Assembly: GCA_964015055.1 (NCBI GenBank)
Contig: CAXHBG010000001.1
Coordinates: 730-64,729, forward strand
From: an uncultured Thermoplasmata archaeon
Lineage (GTDB): Archaea > Thermoplasmatota > Poseidoniia > MGIII > CG-Epi1
DNA length: 64,000 nucleotides
Direction of reading: 5' to 3'
Part shown: in pieces, positions 9,144-17,803 of the stretch
Numbering within the stretch: position 1 is the first letter of the stretch
Layout of the letters: every line of letters begins with the position of its first letter
Notes under the pieces: model-generated
Seen by the model: only the letters and a program-made list of their open reading frames with translations
The model's database searches: none
Told to the model about the DNA's origin: nothing
Position numbers and translations under genes: made by a program

Positions 9144-10048
9144 GCGACTAAGAATTGCATTAAATCCATCATTTCATAATCATGGTGATGCCCATCTTCA
9201 GGATTCATTCTTTCTTCGTTAAGCATACACTGCATGTGCATGTAGCATTTTGGACATCCACCTAGCATAAGGTCAATTCCGGCGTCAGTACCTTGATCTA
9301 ATCTTTTTCGACGTACAGCTTTAGTAGCATCATTACAATACATCATCGAAGATACGCCACAGCACAATGCTCTCTCTTTGTTGTTTTCAAGCTCAACCAT
9401 TGTAGCTCCATCGACTAATTGTATCAAATCTCTAGGAGCTTCATACTCTCCCATCATTCTTCCTAGCCGGCAGGGATCATGGTAAGAAACGGTCACATTT
9501 TCAGGAGCTTTGAACTTCAATCCTCTACCCTGTAAAGTTTGTGTAATATGTTCAACTTTTATCCCAAGTATGTTGGGCAAATCGTAGTCTACAGCAAAAG
9601 TACGATAGCATTCAGCACATGAGCACGTTAGAATCTTTATTCCAGATTCTTTTAATCGCCTCATGTTATGTTCCTTTAAAGCATCATAAACTTCCAAATT
9701 ACCTTGCCATAGCTGGTCATGGCCTGAACATTTGAACACATTCATATCCAGAATTAAAGGGTCGATTTCTGCATAATTTAATAATTTAATTGAAGCAGCA
9801 GCAATTGATGCGTGATCAGCGTCTCCTTTGTTCAAGTGTGTAAATTTGACTTCAACATCCATAAAGTCGACACATCCAGGAAAATATCCATATTCATGAT
9901 ATCTTTCAGGCTTCCATTCATTTGATTCTTTGTTCATTGCATCATCTACAATTAGTCTTTCAAAAAGTGGATGAGGAATTGATCTTGCGTATGTTTTTTG
10001 TCTAGGCTTATCGCTCATAAGCGACACCTCCTGCAGGAGTGCCTCCAA
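9122..10048 (-). CDS. CCG-domain Fe-S protein, HdrB/GlcF/SdhE-like
   Basis: The sequence is cysteine-rich, with a signature LCCGVS and a final GCPKC. Further Cys clusters are FPGC, TCSCAEC and HDPC. The true start may be the internal MSDKPRQ at 10018. Confidence 0.7.
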   Translation of the reverse strand: MEALLQEVSLMSDKPRQKTYARSIPHPLFERLIVDDAMNKESNEWKPERYHEYGYFPGCVDFMDVEVKFTHLNKGDADHASIAAASIKLLNYAEIDPLILDMNVFKCSGHDQLWQGNLEVYDALKEHNMRRLKESGIKILTCSCAECYRTFAVDYDLPNILGIKVEHITQTLQGRGLKFKAPENVTVSYHDPCRLGRMMGEYEAPRDLIQLVDGATMVELENNKERALCCGVSSMMYCNDATKAVRRKRLDQGTDAGIDLMLGGCPKCYMHMQCMLNEERMNPEDGHHHDYEMMDLMQFLVACLEDGK

Positions 10049-11144
10049 TACTAGGTAAATCTAGTGCGGCACCTTCAGTGGATGCCCCCAATGTAGCTAG
10101 AAGCCTTTGTTCTAGCACATAATCTACGTATTCGATATTTTGTGGACATACTGCAGTACACATTCCACAGGAAATACAGGACCAAAGAGCTACTCCATCG
10201 TGTTTATTTTGGAATGTATTGAATATAATATTTAATTCATGCTCACCTTCCATGTCTCTAACGGGACATATGTCATCACATAATCCACATTGATAGCAAC
10301 GATTTAGTTTGAATTCATAAATACGTTGCATTCTCCTATCTTGGATACCTTTAGTGTAAAGGTCAAATCTTTCTTCATCACTTAGGGGTTTGGCACCTTC
10401 AGATCGTCTTCTATCAAGGAAAAGGTAAGTTAACAGTGCACCTCCGATGGGACCCCACAGCGTAAGTGTGTATAGCAGGTCTGTAGTAACTTCTGGGTAA
10501 TATAGAGCAATATTGGCATTAATTGAAAAAACTGACAGCATGACTACCATTATGATGCCGTATACTCCAATAGCAGCCCTAACTGGGTCTTCAATAGGTC
10601 TTCTTTCATGTCCTCGATTTATTACATCACCGTATTGAGGATCAATGATGGCACCCAATGCCCTATCGATAAATGGAACAGCTACTACTAGCCCAATGAC
10701 AAGACCTTGTACAAGGGTTCCCCATACTTTTGCACTCATTAAAAATAGTTCAAAATCTTCTAGCCCCAAGAAGGGAATCATAGACAGAGGTAATCCAATT
10801 TTTAAATCGGTAGCAACTTTAAGGCATCCAAAAGCCCACAATAAATACCAATCAGGTAGTGGCGGAGGATAAGCAGTACCGGCTGTTGGGTCTGCAGATT
10901 CGTGTAGTGGTGGTGGAATGAATGCCCCTAAGTAAAATAAAATAGATATGACATAGAAAGTATAGATGGCATCTCTTGATAATTCATGAGGGTAAAGAGG
11001 TTCACCCTTGACTAAACCAGCTTCTAGTACAGAGTGATCCTCACGGTTTTCAAGTTTTCTAATAGTATCAAGCTCTTGTTGCTCTTTTATCGATTCGGCT
11101 ATCATTTCAGCAGCATCGTCTTCCAAAATTTGCTCTTCGCCCAT
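10008..11144 (-). CDS. cytochrome b6f subunit-IV-like membrane domain fused to a C-terminal 2x[4Fe-4S] ferredoxin (HdrC-like) domain
   Basis: ADPTAGTAYPPPLPDWYLLW matches the PEWY Qo-site motif of PetD (the C-terminal half of cytochrome b). After this come CYQCGLCDDICPV and CISCGMCTAVCPQ. The start overlaps the cytochrome b6 stop by 1 nt. Confidence 0.75.
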   Translation of the reverse strand: MGEEQILEDDAAEMIAESIKEQQELDTIRKLENREDHSVLEAGLVKGEPLYPHELSRDAIYTFYVISILFYLGAFIPPPLHESADPTAGTAYPPPLPDWYLLWAFGCLKVATDLKIGLPLSMIPFLGLEDFELFLMSAKVWGTLVQGLVIGLVVAVPFIDRALGAIIDPQYGDVINRGHERRPIEDPVRAAIGVYGIIMVVMLSVFSINANIALYYPEVTTDLLYTLTLWGPIGGALLTYLFLDRRRSEGAKPLSDEERFDLYTKGIQDRRMQRIYEFKLNRCYQCGLCDDICPVRDMEGEHELNIIFNTFQNKHDGVALWSCISCGMCTAVCPQNIEYVDYVLEQRLLATLGASTEGAALDLPSIGGTPAGGVAYER

Positions 11145-12100
11145 TAGTGAGGTTCAGCCTCCCCTTGTATCCATACTAAAGCCATGTGAATAATCATTAG
11201 AACAGTACCTACCAAAGGGAGCACAAATATGTGCAACCAGTACATTCTTGTGACAGTATCTCCTGTAACTTGTGTTCCTCCGAATACAATTTGTGCCATC
11301 AAAGGCCCCATTGCAGGAATAGAAGTAGCCATTTCGAGACCTATAGCAGCGGCAGCATAACCAAGGGCATCCCAAGGCAATAAGTAACCGGTGTATCCAA
11401 AGAAAATAGTAACCATCAAAAGTATGACTCCTAAAATCCAATTTACTTCTCTCGGATTTCTATAAGCACCTACAAAATAAACTCTCATCATGTGCAAGAA
11501 TACTGCTGCAACCATGAAGTGAGCTGACCAATGATGAATGGCTCTAATAATGTATCCAAAAGAGACCTGAGTCATGATTAGTTCCATTGATTGATATGAT
11601 CCAGAGGTAGCATTACCATCTTCGTCAAAAACTATTTCACCATCAGGAACATAGTAGAAACCAAGATAAATTCCGGTGATCACTAAAACAATATAGGCGA
11701 AAAAGGAAAGTCCACCTAACGAGTAAAATGGATACCAATACCAAACAGATTTTACATTATATCTTTCAGTATGAGATTGAGGCATTGTTCGTCCACTTGA
11801 AGGTAAAAGTGTGAATACAACTGAATAATATTCTCTTTTGGCCAGAGAAGCATATCTGTGTAAAGCAAATCTTTCATCAAACCAGTTCCATGTCGCCAAT
11901 ATAACTCTAGGTAATGTTCCTGAAACATACAAATAGCCTACAGTTAAAACAGCCATAAGTAATTGTAAAAAGATTAATGGGAATGTATATTTTCTCATCA
12001 ATTCTTCAATAAGAGGAGGGTCACCAGAAGCTGCACTAGCTGGCAGTGTTAAGAACGTAATACTTCCTAAAAGTGTAGCTAAGAATAGTTTTATTTTCAT
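11144..12100 (-). CDS. petB: cytochrome b6-like protein (N-terminal half of cytochrome b, complex III)
   Basis: IRAIHHWSAHFMV, HMMRVYF and GYLLPWD are hallmark cytochrome b/b6 motifs with heme His ligands. I set the start at MKIKLFL, which gives a 4-nt ATGA overlap with the Rieske stop. The listed ORF starts 24 nt earlier. Confidence 0.85.
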   Translation of the reverse strand: MKIKLFLATLLGSITFLTLPASAASGDPPLIEELMRKYTFPLIFLQLLMAVLTVGYLYVSGTLPRVILATWNWFDERFALHRYASLAKREYYSVVFTLLPSSGRTMPQSHTERYNVKSVWYWYPFYSLGGLSFFAYIVLVITGIYLGFYYVPDGEIVFDEDGNATSGSYQSMELIMTQVSFGYIIRAIHHWSAHFMVAAVFLHMMRVYFVGAYRNPREVNWILGVILLMVTIFFGYTGYLLPWDALGYAAAAIGLEMATSIPAMGPLMAQIVFGGTQVTGDTVTRMYWLHIFVLPLVGTVLMIIHMALVWIQGEAEPH

Positions 12101-12771
12101 CCTTGTCCACAATATTTGAGCCACTCGATTTGAGTCATTAGCCCAATTAAACCTCCATCTTTTTCAGCTATTGGGACTACAGGAAGGCCGTACGGAGCAG
12201 GTCCTTCTAATAATTCAGCAGCCATAACTTCACGTCCTTGTTCATCAACATTTTTAGTAACTGAGAGGGGATCAAAAAGAGATAAATGGCATGGACATAA
12301 AAACATATTTTCATAATCGTTTCCGCTAATGGTACTAGTTCCTTCCGCAGTGAATACGGGTTTGCAGCATAAGTGTGGGCATTTATAAGTATGATATGCC
12401 ATTAGGTAAGCGTTTCCATCGTCGACGCTTATTCCTAAACCCTCCATAGTTGGTTCAGCGGGAACTTTGGCTAGAGCAAGCTGTATTTCACAAGTACCTA
12501 ATTCTTGTTCCATCTCTTTTGGTCCCCAATTCACTATGGCTACATCCCATAGATTGAAATCCTCTTTTTTAGCAATATTGCCAGCCATATTTTCATACCA
12601 TTTTCCGCTCTCAGATTTATAAGTTAAGGTCTCGTGTGCATCATCCTCATTACACCTTGTTACGGGTGGAGGAAGTAATGTCTTAAGTGCAGGAACAGTT
12701 AAAGCAGCAGTCATTCCAGCGCCGGCTAATCCAATTGCACCTTGCAGAAATCCTCTTCTTGTTATTTTCAC
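12097..12771 (-). CDS. petC: Rieske [2Fe-2S] protein with Tat signal
   Basis: RRGFLQG is a twin-arginine motif. CPHLCC...CPCHLS are Rieske boxes I and II. Confidence 0.85.
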   Translation of the reverse strand: MKITRRGFLQGAIGLAGAGMTAALTVPALKTLLPPPVTRCNEDDAHETLTYKSESGKWYENMAGNIAKKEDFNLWDVAIVNWGPKEMEQELGTCEIQLALAKVPAEPTMEGLGISVDDGNAYLMAYHTYKCPHLCCKPVFTAEGTSTISGNDYENMFLCPCHLSLFDPLSVTKNVDEQGREVMAAELLEGPAPYGLPVVPIAEKDGGLIGLMTQIEWLKYCGQG

Positions 12772-12773
12772 TA

Positions 12774-12977
12774 TTACCTTTCAAGTTTTGTAATAACCTT
12801 ACTCCTCCTTTTCTTCAATTCTAAAACATCGGGCAAGAATGATCTTCTGTAGAAATCGAGCATCAGCCCCAGTATCATAAATGCCATAGCCAAGGTAAAT
12901 GACAAAAATTGTTGATCCCATCCTTGTATGATTCCGTAAATAAATAACGAGTCATACATTATTTCAAGGACTAGCAA
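12774..12977 (-). CDS. small membrane protein (TTG start), possibly longer or fused upstream
   Basis: The listed ORF is 67 aa with one or two TM helices. The same frame stays open for 60 more codons upstream without ATG, GTG or TTG (see findings). Confidence 0.4.
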   Translation of the reverse strand: MLVLEIMYDSLFIYGIIQGWDQQFLSFTLAMAFMILGLMLDFYRRSFLPDVLELKKRRSKVITKLER

Positions 12978-13125
12978 AATTAGGACAATTGCAAAGATTT
13001 CTCCTTGCTCTTTTCCTGGAGTTTCTCTAACAACCTTACCTAAATCTTCATCTTTGTATGTACCTAATAGCTTTTGCGCATCTTCAGGTGTAATGTCACC
13101 TCTTGCAATCTTCTCAAGTAATTCG

Positions 13126-13821
13126 TTAACCTCGGTAATGGGAACTACCTCCTCGTATTACTATGTATGCAAATAAAACCATCACAAATACAACAGCCAT
13201 TGATATCAGAGCAATCCAGTACTGCATTAGGCTTACGCCTAGTTCATGTATTGAAACTTCCTCAGATACTATTTGTGGAGTACCTATGGAGACAGCAGAG
13301 ATGTAGCCCCATTGATCTCCATTTGTTCCTACCCCATTTACTACATTGTAATAAATTGTGAATAGAGCATCTCCAGCACCTTCGCTAGGAGATGTCCATT
13401 GGAACGTCCAATTGCGTTGTGCGTTACTATCAGCATTGTGTGAAATGTATTTTCCGCCTTCACCGATCCAATAAAGCGCATCAGTCTGAAATGCGCCCTC
13501 GCTAACCTCAGCTAGGAACCCACCATATCGAATAGCATCAGGTTCAGAAATTACAGTTGTATCATTGATTACAAGTGAAATATTGTATGTTGAATCAGGA
13601 ATATACTTTGAAGGTATGCCCTCGAGCATGTACATACCTTCGTCAAGTTGTTCATCCATGTGACAAGAGCAACCGTTGGCTATACTGTCTTTTGCCCAGT
13701 CCTCCCCAGCTCCTTGCTGAGCACCTCCTGCAGGGTAACCATTGACACTCATACCGACTGACATGACGGTTATCAATAAGATTGCTAATAGTGCGTAAGT
13801 TCCTTTTTGATTTATAGCCAA
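13126..13821 (-). CDS. exported protein with signal peptide, about 170-aa ectodomain and C-terminal TM anchor
   Basis: The N-terminal hydrophobic leader is MAINQKGTYALLAILLITVMSV. A C-terminal helix is followed by RGGSSHYRG. The ectodomain contains GCSCHMDEQLDEGMYM. Confidence 0.55.
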   Translation of the reverse strand: MAINQKGTYALLAILLITVMSVGMSVNGYPAGGAQQGAGEDWAKDSIANGCSCHMDEQLDEGMYMLEGIPSKYIPDSTYNISLVINDTTVISEPDAIRYGGFLAEVSEGAFQTDALYWIGEGGKYISHNADSNAQRNWTFQWTSPSEGAGDALFTIYYNVVNGVGTNGDQWGYISAVSIGTPQIVSEEVSIHELGVSLMQYWIALISMAVVFVMVLFAYIVIRGGSSHYRG

Positions 13822-13860
13822 ATTTAGCTCCCTTTAAGGTGACAATAATATCGAAGTGAG

Positions 13861-13925
13861 CGCTATATAAAAATATAGTATATTTTAGGCACTTTTTGTA
13901 CAAGGCTATAGTATTATTAAATAAC
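13861..13925. promoter_or_regulatory. divergent promoter region with a perfectly palindromic TATA element CTATATAAAAATATAG
   Basis: The region is AT-rich and lies between divergent gene starts at 13821 (minus) and 13940 (plus). A second TATA-like element, CTATAGTATTATTAAATA, lies nearer 13940. Confidence 0.3.
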
Positions 13926-13939
13926 TGTTTTGATAGTTC

Positions 13940-15526
13940 ATGAAGGGTAGTAAATTAAGTGAAAAAACAGGCTTAATTTTACTAGGTCTTCTGACGTTTA
14001 CATTTCGCTATCCTATCACAGAGACACCTACAGGTTCAGATAATTTTTACTATATCTCAGCAGTCAAAGCTATATTGATTCACGGAGAAATATTTTGGGC
14101 TGAGAATATACTTTCAATATATGGTTTATTTCCTGGGACAGCTCCATTAGGAAGTCTAATACTAGCTAGCACAATTACTGAAATTACGGGGTTATCAGTT
14201 CATAATTATCATTTGATACATAGTATTTTCTTATCATTATTATCTACTTTTGGATTCTTTCTTCTCTCAGGTGAATTCACTACAAACTACAAGAGCCGTT
14301 GGTTTTCATCTTTAGCATTTTCACTTGCTCCTAGGTTTCTAACTTTTACTTTGTGGAGATTTTCATTACGTTTTTCTTTAATTGCATTACTTCCTTTTTT
14401 TATGTGGGCTATTCTCAGAATAATGAATAAAAAATATGGACGTAATCCTAAAAAATTACTGATTTTATTATTAATCTTCACTCTACTTCTTCCTTCATTA
14501 CATAGAATGGGATTACTTTTACCAGGTTTTTTTATATCATTTTTCGTATCTTTTTTATTGTGGCAATGGCAAGAAAACGCATTGAACAGAGAGCGTGCAG
14601 GGAGGCAAGTTTTTACATTTATATTATTTTTAGCTACATATCTGTTTTACCTTCAATACTTAGATTTTTCACCCTATTCTCCTGATGATGAGATGATTGG
14701 AGTTTATTATCTAAGAGAGGGGACAATTTTATCAAATATAGTCAACCTTGGTTTTTACTATCTGATAAACGTGGGGCCAATCATGTTTTTATCATTAATA
14801 GGAATAATTTTTTGGATTCAAGAAGGAAGAGTGCCATTTAGCTACATGTTTTCATTTACATTATTGGCATTATTCTTGTTTTCGATATCAGATTTAATTT
14901 ACATCCCATATCTATTCACTTTTTTCATAATAGTATTTGTGGCTCCTGGAGTAGATTTTTTCTTAGATAATCTTCAGAATTACAAAGCAAGGCTAGGTGC
15001 ATTTCTTTCAATATTATTGATGTTAACAATATCATTTTCTAGCTTAGATGTGTCATACAGAGTAGATGCTCATGAGAGAGAAGAATTTTACTACTCGTAT
15101 AACATTAGCGAGAGTAGCATTTCTACAGGCCTTTGGATCAATGAAAACTTTTATTCAGAAATTATTGAGTCCAACGATCAAAAAAAACCTAGAAGAGTAG
15201 TAGCCTACTCAAATTCAATAAATTTGGCTGATGCATCAGAATTATCTTCAAATCTGATAGATTTATCCGGAATGGAATTAAAGCGCTATCCAATTTTTGA
15301 TTTATACTGGTACGCAGAAGATCATTTATGGAAATGGGAAAATGTTTTAAATCAGACTAATTTCGATGTAAATTTATCGCTAGTTAATCTAGGAATGTCT
15401 AACTTTAGCGGTAAATCATCAACATCTTCCATTACCGTTGACAGTTACTACAAGAGTATGCCAGATTATAATTTTAAGTTGTATTATGATGAAGAGTTAG
15501 CATTGTATTGGACAAACAATTATTAA
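13940..15526 (+). CDS. large polytopic membrane protein with C-terminal soluble domain (GT-C-like glycosyltransferase candidate)
   Basis: About 10 hydrophobic helices make up the first two thirds. The tail is hydrophilic and rich in N-x-S/T. No catalytic motif was recognised. Confidence 0.45.
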   Translation: MKGSKLSEKTGLILLGLLTFTFRYPITETPTGSDNFYYISAVKAILIHGEIFWAENILSIYGLFPGTAPLGSLILASTITEITGLSVHNYHLIHSIFLSLLSTFGFFLLSGEFTTNYKSRWFSSLAFSLAPRFLTFTLWRFSLRFSLIALLPFFMWAILRIMNKKYGRNPKKLLILLLIFTLLLPSLHRMGLLLPGFFISFFVSFLLWQWQENALNRERAGRQVFTFILFLATYLFYLQYLDFSPYSPDDEMIGVYYLREGTILSNIVNLGFYYLINVGPIMFLSLIGIIFWIQEGRVPFSYMFSFTLLALFLFSISDLIYIPYLFTFFIIVFVAPGVDFFLDNLQNYKARLGAFLSILLMLTISFSSLDVSYRVDAHEREEFYYSYNISESSISTGLWINENFYSEIIESNDQKKPRRVVAYSNSINLADASELSSNLIDLSGMELKRYPIFDLYWYAEDHLWKWENVLNQTNFDVNLSLVNLGMSNFSGKSSTSSITVDSYYKSMPDYNFKLYYDEELALYWTNNY

Positions 15527-15588
15527 ATATGCTAATGTTTTTATACAGGCCCGACTGGCACACTTTCCTTATTAGGAGTTAAAACAAA

Positions 15589-16041
15589 ATGGCACGAATG
15601 CATGCAAGACGTAAAGGTCGCTCAGGCTCTAGTCCACAGACTAGAAAAGAAAATCCTAAATGGTCACCAAAAGCTAAAGATGTTGAAAAATTAATTATTG
15701 AGTTATCCTCAGAGGGCAAATCTTCATCAGAAATAGGAATCATTTTGAGAGACATGCACGGAGTTCCAAGCGTAAAGTTAGCAACAGGTAAATCCATAAC
15801 TTCTATTTTGTCAGACGGCGGAGTAGCATTATCTCTCCCTGAAGATTTAACCAATCTTATGAGAAAAGCAGTCCGTCTAGGAGAGCACTTAAAGATACAT
15901 AAAAAAGATATCCACAATACACGTTCACTAAGGTTAACTGAAGCAAAAATTCTTCGATTAGTTAAGTACTATCGCTCAAATAAAGTATTATCAGAAGATT
16001 GGAAATATTCATTATCTGATGCTAAGCTTTTAGTAGGATAA
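15589..16041 (+). CDS. rps15: 30S ribosomal protein S15 (uS15/S13e)
   Basis: The N-terminal MARMHARRKGRSGS is the archaeal S15 signature. The size is 150 aa. Confidence 0.9.
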   Translation: MARMHARRKGRSGSSPQTRKENPKWSPKAKDVEKLIIELSSEGKSSSEIGIILRDMHGVPSVKLATGKSITSILSDGGVALSLPEDLTNLMRKAVRLGEHLKIHKKDIHNTRSLRLTEAKILRLVKYYRSNKVLSEDWKYSLSDAKLLVG

Positions 16042-16054
16042 TTACAAACTTCAG

Positions 16055-16798
16055 ATGGCAGATTGGTGTCTATTAGTAATAGATAACAAATCTCACTTAG
16101 TAAATCTTGATACCAAAATAATCGATATTAAAAATTTTGGCAATTTCCCTACTGAGTTTCTAAAAAATCAAAAAAAAGGCGTTGAGTTTGACTTATTCGG
16201 TAAAAAAGGTAAATTACTCCTACACAATTTATCAGATATTCAAAAAAATTTAATCAGAGGTCCTCAAATAATATCTCCTAAAGATATAGCTTGGCTTGTT
16301 TACAGTTCTGATGTCAAATCAAATGATATAATTATCGAGGCAGGAGGTGGGTCGGGAGCACTTACTACAGCTTTAGCACAATCGGTATTTCCAGAAGGCA
16401 AAGTCGTTACTTTTGAAAAGAATAAAAAACACCTTGAAATAGTAAAAAAGAATCTCGAACTAAGCCAATTTTCAGATCAAGTTGAACTGAGATACGAAGA
16501 GTTAAATGATCAAACTGAAATTATCACTTGTAATTCAATAATTTTGGATTTACCCGATCCACAAGAATTAGTTAAATGGGCAGAAAAGTCATTGGTGTTA
16601 GGAGGTAAGTTGTTGTGTTATGTGCCTACAATGAATCAAGTAGAAAGATTGCTAGGTTCACTCAATGGTTGGAGTGAAATAGAAATCAATGAAATGATGC
16701 ACAGAACTTGGCAATCAAGGCTTGAGGCCATACGACCTAACACGAATATTTTAGGGCATACTGGATTTATCGTTTCTGCCAGATTGCTGAATAAGTAG
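16055..16798 (+). CDS. trmI: tRNA (adenine-N1)-methyltransferase TrmI/Gcd14 family
   Basis: IIEAGGGSGALTTALA is the SAM-binding motif I. The N-terminal beta domain and length fit TrmI. Confidence 0.7.
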   Translation: MADWCLLVIDNKSHLVNLDTKIIDIKNFGNFPTEFLKNQKKGVEFDLFGKKGKLLLHNLSDIQKNLIRGPQIISPKDIAWLVYSSDVKSNDIIIEAGGGSGALTTALAQSVFPEGKVVTFEKNKKHLEIVKKNLELSQFSDQVELRYEELNDQTEIITCNSIILDLPDPQELVKWAEKSLVLGGKLLCYVPTMNQVERLLGSLNGWSEIEINEMMHRTWQSRLEAIRPNTNILGHTGFIVSARLLNK

Positions 16799-16824
16799 AT
16801 ATCTATTTTAGTAGTCGCCTTCAT

Positions 16825-17757
16825 ATGCTTCTGATGTCATCTATCGAGGAAGTAATAATCATAGGCTCAGGTCCAGCAGGCTATACGGCAGGCTTGTATT
16901 CAGGAAGAGCAATGCTCAAACCTAAATTATTCGCAGGCTTTGCAAGTGGCGGACAATTAATGCTGACTAGTGATGTAGAAAATTTCCCAGGATACCCTGA
17001 AGGAATAGGTGGTCCTGAAATGATGATGGAGTTGAGAGCTCAAGCTGCAAGATTTGGTTGCGATATTATCGATAAAAATGTAGATTCGATTGATATTAGC
17101 TCGCATCCGTTTAAGGTTAATGTAGGTAAAGATAAATTTTTAACTAAATCAATCATTATTACAACTGGAGCAGAAGCAATATGGTTAGATGCAGGTAATG
17201 AAGAAAAACACAAAGGACAAGGAATTTCTACCTGTGCCACATGCGATGGTGCTTTTTTCAGAGACAAGGAAGTAATAGTGGTTGGAGGTGGAGACTCTGC
17301 CATGGAAGAAGCTACTTTCCTTACTCGATTCTGCAGTAAAGTCACAATCGTTAACCGAAGAGAAGAGCTCAGGGCCTCACAAATAATGGCAGATAGAGCT
17401 CGAGATAATGATAAGATTGGATGGAAATTAAATCGAGTTGTAAAGGAGTGGGTAGGAGAGCAAGGGAATTTTGAAGGTGTAGTTCTTGTAGACACGATAT
17501 CAGGCAGAGAAGAACTATTCAAATGTGACGGTGCATTCATTGCTATAGGGCACAAGCCTATGACAAACTTTTTAGGAGATCAGATTGAGTTAGATGGTAA
17601 CGGTTACATAGTTCATAAAGAAAATACTATGACAAATGTTTCGGGAGTATTCGCAGCAGGAGATGTGGTTGATACGCGTTATCGTCAAGCCATCACTGCA
17701 GCAGGTATGGGATGTATGGCTGCAATTGATGCTGAAAAATGGCTTGAAGAAAATTAA
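16825..17757 (+). CDS. trxB: thioredoxin-disulfide reductase
   Basis: GSGPAGYTAG is the FAD motif. CATC is the redox-active disulfide. GGGDSAMEEA is the NADPH motif. Confidence 0.85.
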   Translation: MLLMSSIEEVIIIGSGPAGYTAGLYSGRAMLKPKLFAGFASGGQLMLTSDVENFPGYPEGIGGPEMMMELRAQAARFGCDIIDKNVDSIDISSHPFKVNVGKDKFLTKSIIITTGAEAIWLDAGNEEKHKGQGISTCATCDGAFFRDKEVIVVGGGDSAMEEATFLTRFCSKVTIVNRREELRASQIMADRARDNDKIGWKLNRVVKEWVGEQGNFEGVVLVDTISGREELFKCDGAFIAIGHKPMTNFLGDQIELDGNGYIVHKENTMTNVSGVFAAGDVVDTRYRQAITAAGMGCMAAIDAEKWLEEN

Positions 17758-17803
17758 ATCAAATTAACAATCATTTTTTAGAACCCCCTATAAATGGCTA
17801 AAT

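Noticed and set aside
17040-17555. 171-aa ORF antisense to trxB
   Set aside because: It lies entirely inside a strongly supported trxB gene on the opposite strand. Its composition is Ser/Pro-rich and low-complexity, typical of antisense frames in this AT-rich, densely coded genome.
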